Shown here: positions 8,928 to 18,893 of the stretch, piece by piece
Layout of the letters: every line of letters begins with the position of its first letter
Position numbering within the stretch: position 1 is the first letter of the stretch
Source of the DNA: Brevundimonas sp.
GTDB taxonomy: Bacteria; Pseudomonadota; Alphaproteobacteria; Caulobacterales; Caulobacteraceae
Direction: 5' to 3'
DNA length: 64,000 nt
Assembly: GCF_030704825.1 (NCBI RefSeq)
Contig: NZ_JAUYNX010000015.1
Span: 14,687-78,686, forward strand
Notes under the pieces: model-generated
Database searches by the model: none
Told to the model about the DNA's origin: nothing
The model's input: only the letters and a program-made list of their open reading frames with translations
Position numbers and translations under genes: made by a program

Positions 8928-9566
8928 TTAAGACGTGAGAAGCCCCTGGGCTTCGAGGGCGTCGGCCAGTTCGCCGGGGCTGACCCAGACGCGGGTATAG
9001 CCGGCCTCGCCCAGCCGTTTCAGCTCGGTGGTCAGGTCGGCCTTGGCCGAGGCCGCGAAACGGGCGTCGAAGCCGGCGCCGTCGTCGCTGACCCGAACCA
9101 TCGGCCGGCCGGTCTCGACCCGGTGCAGATAGCCCTCGTAGAGGACCGCCGCCTCGGACGCGAGCAGGCCGGTCTCGACCTCCAGTCCCGCCTTGCGCAG
9201 CCGTTCGACGCCGCGTCCGGAGGCGAAGGGCGAGGGATCGACGGCGGCCACCACGACCCGGCCGACCCCCGCGTCCATCAGGAAATGGGAGCAGGAGGTG
9301 CGTCCCGACGACCGTGCGCCGCAGGGCTCCATGGTCACATAGGCGGTGGCTCCCCGCGCCTTTTCGCCGGCGGCGGGCACGGCCTGTTCCTCGGCGTGGG
9401 GGCGGCCGCCCGACGCGGTGGCGGCCTCGGAGACGACCTCGCCGTCCCTGACGATGACGCAGCCGACCGCCGGATTGGGCCAGGTCTGACCCATGCGGCC
9501 CTTGGCCAGGGCGATGGCCCGGCCCATGAAGCGGATGTCGTCGGAGGCCTGACGGGCGTCACTCAT
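8928..9566 (-). CDS. RibD-like deaminase domain protein with vestigial reductase segment
   Basis: FMGRAIALA...TWPNPAVGCVIV, HAE and EPC...C zinc ligands, VETGL; only ~60 aa follow the deaminase domain; ATG 9566 overlaps the gpmA stop. Confidence 0.8.
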   Translation of the reverse strand: MSDARQASDDIRFMGRAIALAKGRMGQTWPNPAVGCVIVRDGEVVSEAATASGGRPHAEEQAVPAAGEKARGATAYVTMEPCGARSSGRTSCSHFLMDAGVGRVVVAAVDPSPFASGRGVERLRKAGLEVETGLLASEAAVLYEGYLHRVETGRPMVRVSDDGAGFDARFAASAKADLTTELKRLGEAGYTRVWVSPGELADALEAQGLLTS

Positions 9567-10288
9567 GAAGCGGCTCCCGGCAGGGGCGGAAGCTCCGTCG
9601 CCCTGCCCTCGTCCAGATACCGCGCCGCGACGGGCCGCAGGTCCGCGTCGAGGTCGATCTCGAGCGGATTGCCGGTCGGGATCTCGACGCCGACGATCCG
9701 GTCGTCGGGCACGTCGAACAGGTGTTTGACGATGGCCCGCAGCGAATTGCCGTGGGCGGCGACCAGCACGTCCTCGCCGGCTCTCAGGCGCGGTGCGATG
9801 GTTTCGTTCCAGTAGGGAAGGACGCGGTCCAGGGTGGTCTTCAGGCTCTCGGCATCGGGGATCGCCTGGCCGGCGTAGCGGGGGTCGCTGGCGAAATCCC
9901 ATTCGCCGCCGGGAGCCAGCGGAGGGGGCGGCACGTCGTAGCTGCGCCGCCAGATCTTCACCTGGTCCTCGCCGTGCTTCGCAGCCGTCTCGGCCTTGTC
10001 CAGCCCGGTGAGGCCGCCGTAGTGGCGTTCGTTCAGCCGCCAGTCCTGGATCACCGGCACGTCCCTGAGACCCGCCGAGTCCAGGGCCAGGGCGCCGGTG
10101 CGCGTCGCCCGCTTCAGAACCGAGGTGAACAGGACGTCGGGCCTGAACCCCGCCTGGGCGATCAGTTCGCCGCCGCGCCGGGCCTCGGCCTCGCCCTGAT
10201 CGGTCAGATCCACGTCGACCCAGCCGGTGAAGCGGTTTTCCAGGTTCCACTGGCTCTGGCCGTGGCGCAGCAGGATCAGGCGGGGCAT
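9563..10288 (-). CDS. gpmA: 2,3-bisphosphoglycerate-dependent phosphoglycerate mutase
   Basis: LLRHGQSQWNLENRFTGW, LNERHYG, WRRSYD, AHGNSLRA. Confidence 0.95.
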   Translation of the reverse strand: MPRLILLRHGQSQWNLENRFTGWVDVDLTDQGEAEARRGGELIAQAGFRPDVLFTSVLKRATRTGALALDSAGLRDVPVIQDWRLNERHYGGLTGLDKAETAAKHGEDQVKIWRRSYDVPPPPLAPGGEWDFASDPRYAGQAIPDAESLKTTLDRVLPYWNETIAPRLRAGEDVLVAAHGNSLRAIVKHLFDVPDDRIVGVEIPTGNPLEIDLDADLRPVAARYLDEGRATELPPLPGAAS

Positions 10289-10447
10289 ACGGGTCTCCGG
10301 GCGTCTGGGCTTGGGTAGGCCCGGGGTCGGAACCGGTCAAGGTTCGCCCCGCCTCGCCCAACGTGGCTTCGAAAACGGCGTTCCCGCGTTGTTGTCGGCC
10401 CGGGCCTGGCTGCTATACCGGCCGCCGCTTCCCCACAGGACCCGATC

Positions 10448-11947
10448 ATGATCAAGCCGCGCCAGGACCTTCGCCCCAATACGGCCGGGTACGAGACCAC
10501 GCCGCTGGTGAAGCCGACCGGTTTCCGCGAATACGATGCGCGCTGGATCCTGGACAAGGAGATCAACCTGCTGGGCCTCCAGGCCTTGGGGCTGGGGCTG
10601 GCGACCTATGTCCACGAGATCGGCCAGAGGCCGCGCATCGTGGTCGGCCATGACTATCGATCCTATTCCCTGAGCGTGAAACAGGCCCTGACCCTGGGTC
10701 TGCTGGAAGGCGGGATGGAGGTGCTGGACATCGGCCTGGCCCTGTCTCCGACCGCCTATTTCGCCCAGTTCGCCCTCGACGCGCCCTGCGTGGCCATGGT
10801 CACCGCCAGTCACAACGAGAACGGCTGGACCGGGGTCAAGATGGGAGCCCAGCCGCCCCTCACCTTCGGCCCCGACGAGATCGGCCGCCTGAAGGACATC
10901 GTGCTGAACGGCGAGGGCGTCGCCCGCCCGGGCGGGTCCCTGACCCGGGTGGAGGGCTTCCGCGAACGCTATCTGGAAGAGGTCACCGCCGGCGTGAGGC
11001 TGAGCCGGCCGATCAAGGTCGTGGCCGCCTGCGGCAACGGCACCGCCGGCGCCTTCGCCCCCGAGGCCCTGCGCCGCATGGGCGCCGAGGTCATCGAGAT
11101 GGATACGGACCTCGACTACACCTTCCCCAAATACAATCCGAACCCGGAAGACCACGCCATGCTGATGCAGATGGCCGCCCGGGTGCGCGAGACCGGGGCC
11201 GACCTGGCCCTCGGCTTCGACGGCGACGGCGACCGCTGCGGCGTGGTCGACGATACGGGCGAGGAAATCTTCGCCGACAAGATCGGCCTGATGCTGGGCC
11301 GCGACCTGTCGGCCCTGCATCCGAACGCCACCTTCGTCGTCGATGTGAAATCGACCGGCTTGTACAAGACCGACGCGGTGCTGAAGGCCAACGGGGCCGA
11401 GACCGTCTACTGGAAGACCGGCCACAGCTACATCAAGCGCAAGACCGCCGAACTGGGAGCCCTGGCCGGGTTCGAAAAGTCGGGGCATTTCTTCTTCAAT
11501 GCGCCGATCGGCCGGGGCTATGACGACGGCATCGTGGCCGCCGGGGCGGTGCTGGCCATGCTGGACCGCAACCCCGGGAAAAAGCTGTCGCAGCTGAAGG
11601 CCGCCCTGCCCGACGCCTGGACCTCGATGACCATGTCGCCGCATTGCGACGACGAACTGAAATACGAGGTGCTCGAGCGGATCGTGGCCGAATACCAGGC
11701 CCTGGCCGACGCCGGCGGCTCGATCCTGGGCCGCAGGATCGTCGAGGCGATCACCGTCAACGGGGTGCGGGTGCATCTGGAGGACGGATCGTGGGTGCTG
11801 GTGCGGGCCTCGTCCAACAAGCCGGAGCTGGTGGTGGTGGTCGAGAGCATGCGCTCGGCCGACGACATGCGCGCCCTGTTCCGCGAGGAGGTGAAGCCGC
11901 GACTGGCGAAGTACGGCGAGATCGGGGCCTACAACCAGGAAATCTGA
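10448..11947 (+). CDS. Phosphomannomutase/phosphoglucomutase (AlgC-like)
   Basis: GFREYDAR, TASHN phosphoserine loop, FDGDGDR metal site, GFEKSGH, RASSNKP. Confidence 0.9.
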   Translation: MIKPRQDLRPNTAGYETTPLVKPTGFREYDARWILDKEINLLGLQALGLGLATYVHEIGQRPRIVVGHDYRSYSLSVKQALTLGLLEGGMEVLDIGLALSPTAYFAQFALDAPCVAMVTASHNENGWTGVKMGAQPPLTFGPDEIGRLKDIVLNGEGVARPGGSLTRVEGFRERYLEEVTAGVRLSRPIKVVAACGNGTAGAFAPEALRRMGAEVIEMDTDLDYTFPKYNPNPEDHAMLMQMAARVRETGADLALGFDGDGDRCGVVDDTGEEIFADKIGLMLGRDLSALHPNATFVVDVKSTGLYKTDAVLKANGAETVYWKTGHSYIKRKTAELGALAGFEKSGHFFFNAPIGRGYDDGIVAAGAVLAMLDRNPGKKLSQLKAALPDAWTSMTMSPHCDDELKYEVLERIVAEYQALADAGGSILGRRIVEAITVNGVRVHLEDGSWVLVRASSNKPELVVVVESMRSADDMRALFREEVKPRLAKYGEIGAYNQEI

Positions 11948-12285
11948 GCCGTCCCGGCGACCGGCCCGGGACATCGGGAAAATGCGAAAACCGCTACTCT
12001 GGAGACATTCGGCCCCAGCCGGCCGGGTTGAGGCCGGAGCGAGCGGGCGTTTCTGCGCGCCGGATCCTGGGCGGAGGCGGCGTATCGGGATGTCAAAGAC
12101 CAGCAGCGGCGGACCTGGCGCGAACTGCAGCCTAGAAGAGCACGCGGGTACGCCATTTCCGGACGCAGGGCGCCGGATCGTCCCTCTCGTGGGGTGGAAA
12201 GGGCGGGTTCAGGGGTCGGAAAGGGCGGATCGGACGGGGCGAGAGTCCCGGCCTTCGGGCGTAGGCGGGCCGCTCGCCGGACGCC

Positions 12286-13329
12286 TCAGACCAACGCCAG
12301 CAGATAGATCAGGGCCAGCGCCAGGCCCAGCAGCGCCAGCAGCGACAGGATCACGACGGAGGCGATGCGGACCCCGGACCGGGCCACCGCCCGCGCGTCG
12401 GTGCTGAGCCCGAGGGCGGCCATGGACACCCCCGTCAGGACGGTGGCGGTCTGGGCCAGCGCCGGCAGGACGGCGGCGGGGATCAGCGCCATCGAACGCG
12501 CGGCCATCATCAGCAGGAAGCCGACGATGAACCAGGGGACGAGGTGGTGCAGGGACACGGCCCGCGCGGGCGCCGCGACCGCCCCGCCCTCGCGGCCGCG
12601 GACGGCGGTGAGGATCGAAAGGCCCAGACAGACAGGCCCCAACATCAGCACACGGACCAGTTTGATCAAGGTTCCGGCCTGGTTGGCCACGGCGCCCACG
12701 GGCAGGGTGGCGGCCAGCACCTGGGGCACGGCGTAGACCGTCAGGCCGGCGAGGGTGCCGTAGCGGACGTCGGTCATCCGCAGCGCCGCGCCGAGCAGCG
12801 GCAACAGAAGGACCACCGCCACCCCCAGCACGGCGGTGAAGGCGATGGCCGCGGAGACGTCCTCGGCCTCGGCCTCGATCACCGGGGCCACGGCGGCGAT
12901 GGCGGAGTTGCCGCAAATGGCGTTGCCGCAGGCGATCAGCACAGCCATCCGGTGCGGCAGGCGCATCAGCCGCCCGATCCCGTAGCTGACGGCCAGGGCG
13001 AGCGCCACGACCACCGCCGTGCCCGCCAGCAGGCCGGGGCCGATGGCCATGACGGTGGCGGCGCTGACCGAGGCGCCGAGCAGGACCACGGCGATCTCCA
13101 GCAGGGTGCGGGCGCTGAACTCGACACCGGGGCGGATCGACGCCGGCGGAGTCCAGACGCTGCGGATCGCCGCGCCGATCAGGATGGCCAGGACGATGGC
13201 GTCGATCCACCCTCGCCCGAACAGCCGCAACTCCAGCGCCTGGACAGCCACCGCCGCCAGCGCGACCATCGCGCAGGCGATCAGGCCGGGGATCAGGGAG
13301 AGGGCGCCCCGAAGGCGTGCTAGAATCAT
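12286..13329 (-). CDS. YeiH/putative sulfate exporter family membrane protein
   Basis: LIACGNAICGNSAIAAVAP, YAVPQVLAA, LIKLVRV, PWFIVGF; the upstream extension in the ORF track lies in a REP element, so start placed at ATG 13329. Confidence 0.85.
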   Translation of the reverse strand: MILARLRGALSLIPGLIACAMVALAAVAVQALELRLFGRGWIDAIVLAILIGAAIRSVWTPPASIRPGVEFSARTLLEIAVVLLGASVSAATVMAIGPGLLAGTAVVVALALAVSYGIGRLMRLPHRMAVLIACGNAICGNSAIAAVAPVIEAEAEDVSAAIAFTAVLGVAVVLLLPLLGAALRMTDVRYGTLAGLTVYAVPQVLAATLPVGAVANQAGTLIKLVRVLMLGPVCLGLSILTAVRGREGGAVAAPARAVSLHHLVPWFIVGFLLMMAARSMALIPAAVLPALAQTATVLTGVSMAALGLSTDARAVARSGVRIASVVILSLLALLGLALALIYLLALV

Positions 13330-13366
13330 GGCGGGAGACTGCGCCGGACGGGCGGCGGGTTCCACC

Positions 13367-13504
13367 CCGTCATCCTGGGGCTTGACCCGGGGATCAGAGG
13401 CGAGAGGCAGGCTGTGCGGCGGAGACGGCCCCGCGACCGCGCCCGCGCGCGCTGTCACCGGACGCCGGATAGTCCGATCCTCGGGTCAAGCCCGAGGATG
13501 ACGG
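13367..13504. repeat. CGTC-type REP dimer (REPIN/MITE-like), copy 1
   Basis: Arms ccgtcatcctggggcttgacccggggatc (13367-13395) and gatcctcgggtcaagcccgaggatgacgg (13476-13504) are inverted, each internally palindromic; 80 nt spacer. Confidence 0.85.
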
Positions 13505-13518
13505 TGGGAAGGGTGAAC

Positions 13519-14868
13519 CTAGCCCGCCGCCTTCACCGCCGCGACCACGTCGGCGACCACCGACTTCACCAGTTTCGCGTCGTCGCCCTCGGCCATGACC
13601 CGGATCAGTTTCTCGGTGCCCGAGGGCCGCACCAGCAACCGCCCCACACCCTTCAGCCGCGCCTCGGCCTCGGCGATGGCGGCCTTGACCCCGGCGTTCT
13701 CCAGCGGCTTGCCGGTCGTGTAGCGGACGTTCTCCAGCCTCTGCGGCACGGTCTCGAACTGTTTCGCCAGCTCGCTCATCGGCCGGCCGCTCTCGACCAG
13801 CACGGCCAGGACCTGCAGCGCCGACATCAGGCCATCGCCGGTGGTGGCGTGGTCGTGCAGGATGATGTGGCCCGACTGTTCGCCGCCCAGGTTGAAGCCG
13901 CCCTCGCGCATCCGCTCCATGACGTAGCGGTCGCCGACCTGGGTTCGCTCCAGGGTCAGGCCGGCGGCGTTCAGGGCCCGCTCGAGCCCGAGGTTGGACA
14001 TGACGGTGGCGACGACGCCGCCACCCACCAGCAGGCCGCGGCGGGCCCAGTCCAGGGCGACCATGGCCATGATCTGGTCGCCGTCGACGACCTGGCCCTT
14101 CTCGTCGCAGATGATGACCCGGTCGGCGTCGCCGTCCAGGGCGATGCCGATGTCGGCGCGATACAGCTTCACCGCCTCGGCCAGGGTCTCGGGATGGGTC
14201 GAGCCGCATTCGGCGTTGATGTTCAGGCCATTGGGCTCGACGCCGACGGCGCAGACCTCGGCCCCCAGCTCATAGAGGGTGGTCGGGGCGACCCGGTAGC
14301 CGGCCCCGTTGGCGCAATCGACGGCGACGCGCAGGCCCTGCAGGCTCAACCCCTTGGGGAAGCTGGCCTTGGCGATCTCGACATAGCGGGCCTGGGCGTC
14401 GTCGATGCGCTTGACCCGGCCCAGGGCGTCCGGCGCGGCCAGGTCGGCGTCGAGGGCCTGGTCCATCATCGATTCGATCTTCAGCTCGACCGCGTCGGAC
14501 AGCTTGTAGCCGTCCGGCCCGAACAGCTTGATGCCATTGTCGAGGTAGGAGTTGTGCGAAGCCGAGATCATCACGCCGATGTCGGCCCGCATCGACCGGG
14601 TCATCATGGCCACGCCCGGCGTCGGCAGCGGCCCGAAGGTGCGCACGTCCATACCGGCCGAGGAGAACCCGGCCACCAGCGCAGGCTCGATCATATAGCC
14701 GGACAGGCGGGTGTCCTTGCCGATCACCACCAGATGCCGGCGGTCGTCCGAGGACATGAACAGGCGGCCGGCCGCGAGGCCGACGCGCAACGCCACCTCG
14801 GGAGTCATGGGGTGGGTATTGGCGCGGCCGCGGATGCCGTCGGTGCCGAAATATCGTCGTTCGCCCAA
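13519..14868 (-). CDS. glmM: Phosphoglucosamine mutase
   Basis: [33 protein letters not shown]; TTG start. Confidence 0.95.
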   Translation of the reverse strand: MGERRYFGTDGIRGRANTHPMTPEVALRVGLAAGRLFMSSDDRRHLVVIGKDTRLSGYMIEPALVAGFSSAGMDVRTFGPLPTPGVAMMTRSMRADIGVMISASHNSYLDNGIKLFGPDGYKLSDAVELKIESMMDQALDADLAAPDALGRVKRIDDAQARYVEIAKASFPKGLSLQGLRVAVDCANGAGYRVAPTTLYELGAEVCAVGVEPNGLNINAECGSTHPETLAEAVKLYRADIGIALDGDADRVIICDEKGQVVDGDQIMAMVALDWARRGLLVGGGVVATVMSNLGLERALNAAGLTLERTQVGDRYVMERMREGGFNLGGEQSGHIILHDHATTGDGLMSALQVLAVLVESGRPMSELAKQFETVPQRLENVRYTTGKPLENAGVKAAIAEAEARLKGVGRLLVRPSGTEKLIRVMAEGDDAKLVKSVVADVVAAVKAAG

Positions 14869-15032
14869 CTGTCACGTTCCTTGAGTACGGCGGCGCAGAA
14901 ACCTTGCGAAACCGCTTTTTAGATGCAAATCCAGCCGCCTGTCGCCTACACGACATCTGACGATGACGGTGGCTTAGACCGTCAACCGCCCGTGCGCAAA
15001 GCACCTGACCCCCGGTTTTCGAGGATACATCC

Positions 15033-16847
15033 ATGTGCGGCATCATTGGCGTGACAGGCGTGGGCCCGGCGGTTCCCCGTCTGATCGACAGCCTCAAGCG
15101 ACTGGAATACCGGGGCTATGACTCAGCCGGCGTGGCCGCCCTGGTCGACGGCCGCATCGAACGTCGCCGCGCCAAGGGCAAGATTCGCGAGCTGGAGGCG
15201 GTGCTTCTGGCCGAGCCGCTGGCGGCGACCGTCGGCATCGGCCACACCCGCTGGGCCACCCATGGCGCACCGACCACGGCCAACGCCCATCCGCACAAGG
15301 CGGGACGGGTGGTGCTGGTTCACAACGGCATCATCGAGAATTTCGCGGAGCTGAAGGCCGAACTGGCCGCCGGTGGCCGCACCTTCGAGAGCCAGACCGA
15401 CACCGAGGTGGTGGCGCATTTGCTGGACCGCGCGCTGGAAACCGCCAACGACCCCCTGGTCGCGTTCAAGTCCGTGCTGGACCGGCTGACCGGCGCCTAC
15501 GCCCTGGCCGTGCTGATCGAGGGCGAGGACGGCCTGATCCTGGGCGCCCGACGCGGCAGCCCGCTGGTGGTCGGCTGGGGCGAGGGCGAGATGTACCTGG
15601 GCTCGGACGCCCTGGCGGTCGGGCCCTTCACGACGCAAATCTCCTATCTGGAAGAGGGCGACTACGTCGGCATCGACCGCAGCGGCGCGCGCATGTTCGA
15701 CGTCGACGGCCACGAGGTCAAACGTCCGGTGGTGCAGGTCTCGGCCTCCTCGGCCCTGGTCGAGAAGGGCGAGTACCGGCATTTCATGGAGAAGGAGATC
15801 CATGAACAGCCCGACAGCGTCCAGCACACCCTGTCGCACTACCTCGACTTCGTGAACGGCAAGGCCAAGGACGGCGGGACCGACTTCGCCGCCGTCGATC
15901 GCATCCAGATCGTGGCCTGCGGCACGGCCTTCTACGCCGGCCAGATCGGCCGCTATGCGTTCGAGAAGCTGGCCGGCCTGCCCTGCGACGTCGAGATCGC
16001 CTCGGAGTTCCGCTATCGCCAGCCGGCGCTGACGCCGGGGACCCTGGCCGTGGCGGTCAGCCAGTCGGGCGAGACCGCCGACACCCTGGCCAGCCTGTCG
16101 TGGTGCAAGGCCCGGGGCCTGCGCACCGCGGCCCTGGTCAATGTCCATTCCTCGTCCATGGCGCGCGAAGCCGAAACCCTGTGGCCGACACACGCCGGAC
16201 CCGAGATCGGCGTCGCCTCGACCAAGGCCTTTACCGCCCAGGTCGCGGCCCTGCTGGCCCTGGCCGTGGGCGCCGGCGTGCAGCGCGGGGTGATCGACGC
16301 CGCGCGCGAGGCCGAGCTGGTCAAGGCCCTGTTCGAGGCGCCGCGTCTGATCGCGGAGGCCATGCGAATGGAGGACGACCTGAGGGCCGTGGCCGTCGAC
16401 ATCGCCAAGGCCGCGGACGTCCTGTTCCTCGGCCGCGGGGCGATGTTCCCGCTGGCCATGGAGGGGGCGCTGAAGCTGAAGGAGATCAGCTACATCCACG
16501 CCGAAGGCTACGCCGCCGGCGAGCTCAAGCACGGGCCGATCGCCCTGGTCGACGAACTGACGCCGATCATCGCCCTGGCCCCGCTGGACGAGGTGTTCGA
16601 GAAGACCGCCTCCAACCTGCAGGAAGTCGCGGCGCGCGGTGGACCGGTGATCATGATCGCGCCGAAGTCGGCCCCCGATCCGCACGGCGCCGGCATCCGC
16701 CGGGTCGACGCGCCCGAGTGTCATACGCTGATCGCGCCGCTCGTCTACGCCGTGCCGGTGCAGCTGCTGGCCTACCATGTGGCGGTCCAGAAGGGCACGG
16801 ACGTGGACCAACCGCGAAATCTGGCGAAATCCGTCACGGTTGAATGA
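15033..16847 (+). CDS. glmS: Glutamine-fructose-6-phosphate transaminase
   Basis: MCGIIG, GHTRWATHG, HNGIIEN, SQSGET, STKAF, QPRNLAKSVTVE. Confidence 0.97.
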   Translation: MCGIIGVTGVGPAVPRLIDSLKRLEYRGYDSAGVAALVDGRIERRRAKGKIRELEAVLLAEPLAATVGIGHTRWATHGAPTTANAHPHKAGRVVLVHNGIIENFAELKAELAAGGRTFESQTDTEVVAHLLDRALETANDPLVAFKSVLDRLTGAYALAVLIEGEDGLILGARRGSPLVVGWGEGEMYLGSDALAVGPFTTQISYLEEGDYVGIDRSGARMFDVDGHEVKRPVVQVSASSALVEKGEYRHFMEKEIHEQPDSVQHTLSHYLDFVNGKAKDGGTDFAAVDRIQIVACGTAFYAGQIGRYAFEKLAGLPCDVEIASEFRYRQPALTPGTLAVAVSQSGETADTLASLSWCKARGLRTAALVNVHSSSMAREAETLWPTHAGPEIGVASTKAFTAQVAALLALAVGAGVQRGVIDAAREAELVKALFEAPRLIAEAMRMEDDLRAVAVDIAKAADVLFLGRGAMFPLAMEGALKLKEISYIHAEGYAAGELKHGPIALVDELTPIIALAPLDEVFEKTASNLQEVAARGGPVIMIAPKSAPDPHGAGIRRVDAPECHTLIAPLVYAVPVQLLAYHVAVQKGTDVDQPRNLAKSVTVE

Positions 16848-16901
16848 TCGCATCCATCCGCGAATGCATTAGGCTGTCCGTCCCCGCCGCCCAGGAAACC
16901 C

Positions 16902-17780
16902 ATGACCGTTCACGCCCGCCGCCTCCGCAAGGCCGTCCTCCCCGTCGCCGGTCTCGGCACCCGCGTCCTGCCGGGCACCAAGACCACGCCCAAGGAGCTG
17001 CTGAACGTCGTCGACCGGCCGATCCTGAGCTATATCGTGGAAGAGGCGCGCGAGGCCGGGATCGAGCACATCGTCTTCGTCACCGGCCGCTCCAAGGGCG
17101 CCATCGAGGACTATTTCGACCACCAGATCGAGCTGGAAGCCCAGCTGCTGGCCAAGGGCAAGACCGAGATTCTCGACGCCATGATCGCCGAACTGGCCAC
17201 GGCGGGCGAGATGAGCTTCACGCGCCAGATGCAGCCGCTTGGGCTGGGGCACGCCGTCTGGTGCGCGCGCGACATCATCGGCGACGAGCCGTTCGCCGTC
17301 CTGCTGCCGGACGTGATCGTGGACTCCCAGCCGGGGGCCCTGAAACAGCTGGCCGACGTCTACGCCGAGGTCGGGGGCAATGTCATCGGCGTCGAGGCCG
17401 TGCCGGAGAGCGAGACGCACAAATACGGCATCGTCGATCCCGAGAACCGCGACGGCCGCCGCATCCGCATGAAGGGGATGGTGGAGAAGCCGCCGCGCGG
17501 CGAGGCGCCGTCCAATCTGTCGATCGCGGGACGCTACATCCTGCAGCCGGAAATCTTCGGCATTCTGGAAAACCAGCCGCGCGGCGCGGGCGGCGAGATC
17601 CAGCTGACCGACGGCATGGCGCGGCTGATGAAGGACCAGACCTTCACGGCAGTCGAATACGAGGGCGTGACCCACGACTGCGGCGACAAGATCGGCCTGT
17701 TGCGCGCCAATGTGGCGCTGGCGCTGAAGCGACCGGACCTCGGCGAGGCGGCGCGGGCGGCGATCACCGCCCTTCTCTAG
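16902..17780 (+). CDS. galU: UTP-glucose-1-phosphate uridylyltransferase
   Basis: KAVLPVAGLGTR...PKE, LGLGHAVWCA, VEKP, IQLTD, DCGDK. Confidence 0.93.
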   Translation: MTVHARRLRKAVLPVAGLGTRVLPGTKTTPKELLNVVDRPILSYIVEEAREAGIEHIVFVTGRSKGAIEDYFDHQIELEAQLLAKGKTEILDAMIAELATAGEMSFTRQMQPLGLGHAVWCARDIIGDEPFAVLLPDVIVDSQPGALKQLADVYAEVGGNVIGVEAVPESETHKYGIVDPENRDGRRIRMKGMVEKPPRGEAPSNLSIAGRYILQPEIFGILENQPRGAGGEIQLTDGMARLMKDQTFTAVEYEGVTHDCGDKIGLLRANVALALKRPDLGEAARAAITALL

Positions 17781-17808
17781 TCCGACTCCGGCTCTAGTCC
17801 GACTCCGG
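17775..17808. repeat. Perfect 17 bp tandem duplication spanning the galU stop
   Basis: ctctagtccgactccgg at 17775-17791 and 17792-17808. Confidence 0.9.
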
Positions 17809-17814
17809 TCCGGC

Positions 17815-18042
17815 TCAGCCGCCGTCGGTCAGCCGCGAGGCTCCGCCGGTGATCCTGCAGGCATTGTCGACCTGGGGCCGGCCGGTGGCCTCGCCCGAGG
17901 GGACCAGGACGCCGCCGCGGGCGCGGCAGTCGGCGGCGAGGCGCTGAACCGTGTCGTTGTCGGAGCCGGTCGCCCCGGTTGAGGCGCAGCCGGCGAGGAC
18001 GAGGATCAGGGCGGCCGGAGCCGCGGTGGCGAAGGCGCGCAT
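17815..18042 (-). CDS. Small lipoprotein, unknown function
   Basis: LAGC lipobox; two further Cys (DCRARGG...NAC); SD aaggaga. Confidence 0.7.
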   Translation of the reverse strand: MRAFATAAPAALILVLAGCASTGATGSDNDTVQRLAADCRARGGVLVPSGEATGRPQVDNACRITGGASRLTDGG

Positions 18043-18066
18043 GGGAATCTCCTTGCGATGCGTCTG

Positions 18067-18822
18067 CTATATAAGCGCCTGACGGCGGGTCCGTTCAACG
18101 GCTTCGATCAGCCGATCGATATCGGCGGGGCCGGACAGGCGATGGTCGCCGCCCTCGATCAGATCCAGCCGGACGTCGCCGCCCGTCAGGCGCTCGACCA
18201 GGGCCGCCGCGTGCCGCCAGGGCACCACGTCGTCGGCCCGCCCCTGCAGGATGTGGATCGGCGTCCGGATATCCAGCGCACCGTCCAGAAGCAGCCAGTC
18301 GCGCGCCTCCTCGAACATGGCGCGGGTCAGCACATATTCGCCCGACCCTTTCTCGACGATCAGCGTCTCTCCGTCGCGCAGGATGGCCTGGCGCTCGTGG
18401 TCGGCCAGCCCCGGCCACATGAGCCGTTCCGTGAAGTCGTGGGCCGGATTGACCAGCACCAGTCCGGCCATGCGGTCCGGCCGGGCCAGGGCCAGCAGAA
18501 GGGCGATCCAGCCGCCCATGGACGAACCGACCGGAATGACCGGGCCCTCCAGGCTGTCAACCAGGGCGATGGCGTCCTCGCGCCAGCGGCCGATGGCGGC
18601 CTTGCGCCAGTCGCCGGACGACCGGCCATGGGCGAAATGGTCGTAGCGGACGTAGTTCCAGCCGCGCTCGCGCGCGGCGGCGTCCAGGGCCAGCGCCTTG
18701 GTCCCCTCCATGTCCGAGCGGAAGCCGCCGATCCAGATCACGGTCGGACCCGTCCCCTCCACGCGCCGGAAGGCCAGGGTCTCGCCATCCGGACGGCGCA
18801 GGCGCTGAATGGTGTCGGCCAT
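18067..18822 (-). CDS. Alpha/beta hydrolase
   Basis: GGFRSDMEGTKA, GSSMGG, QGRADDVVP, GDHRLS. Confidence 0.85.
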   Translation of the reverse strand: MADTIQRLRRPDGETLAFRRVEGTGPTVIWIGGFRSDMEGTKALALDAAARERGWNYVRYDHFAHGRSSGDWRKAAIGRWREDAIALVDSLEGPVIPVGSSMGGWIALLLALARPDRMAGLVLVNPAHDFTERLMWPGLADHERQAILRDGETLIVEKGSGEYVLTRAMFEEARDWLLLDGALDIRTPIHILQGRADDVVPWRHAAALVERLTGGDVRLDLIEGGDHRLSGPADIDRLIEAVERTRRQALI

Positions 18823-18893
18823 GGCCCTTCCTCTCGCGAAATCGGTCGCGGACTGATAGCGAACCCCGGCAAGGGTAGCGAAGGCGAAACCGC

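Noticed and set aside
9567-10361. 477 aa ORF 8928-10361 as full-length RibD
   Set aside because: The extension overlaps gpmA out of frame and has no RibD motifs.
12191-12215. Canonical G-quadruplex pattern GGGG-N6-GGG-N1-GGG-N4-GGGG
   Set aside because: Such motifs arise by chance at this GC content and nothing else supports a function.
14869-15032. glmS ribozyme upstream of glmS
   Set aside because: No recognisable core; the gap is a short divergent promoter region, and the ribozyme is mainly a Firmicutes feature.
10448-17780. PMM/PGM, glmM, glmS and galU cluster as a polysaccharide island
   Set aside because: Only precursor enzymes; no polymerase, flippase or export genes, and no compositional anomaly by eye.
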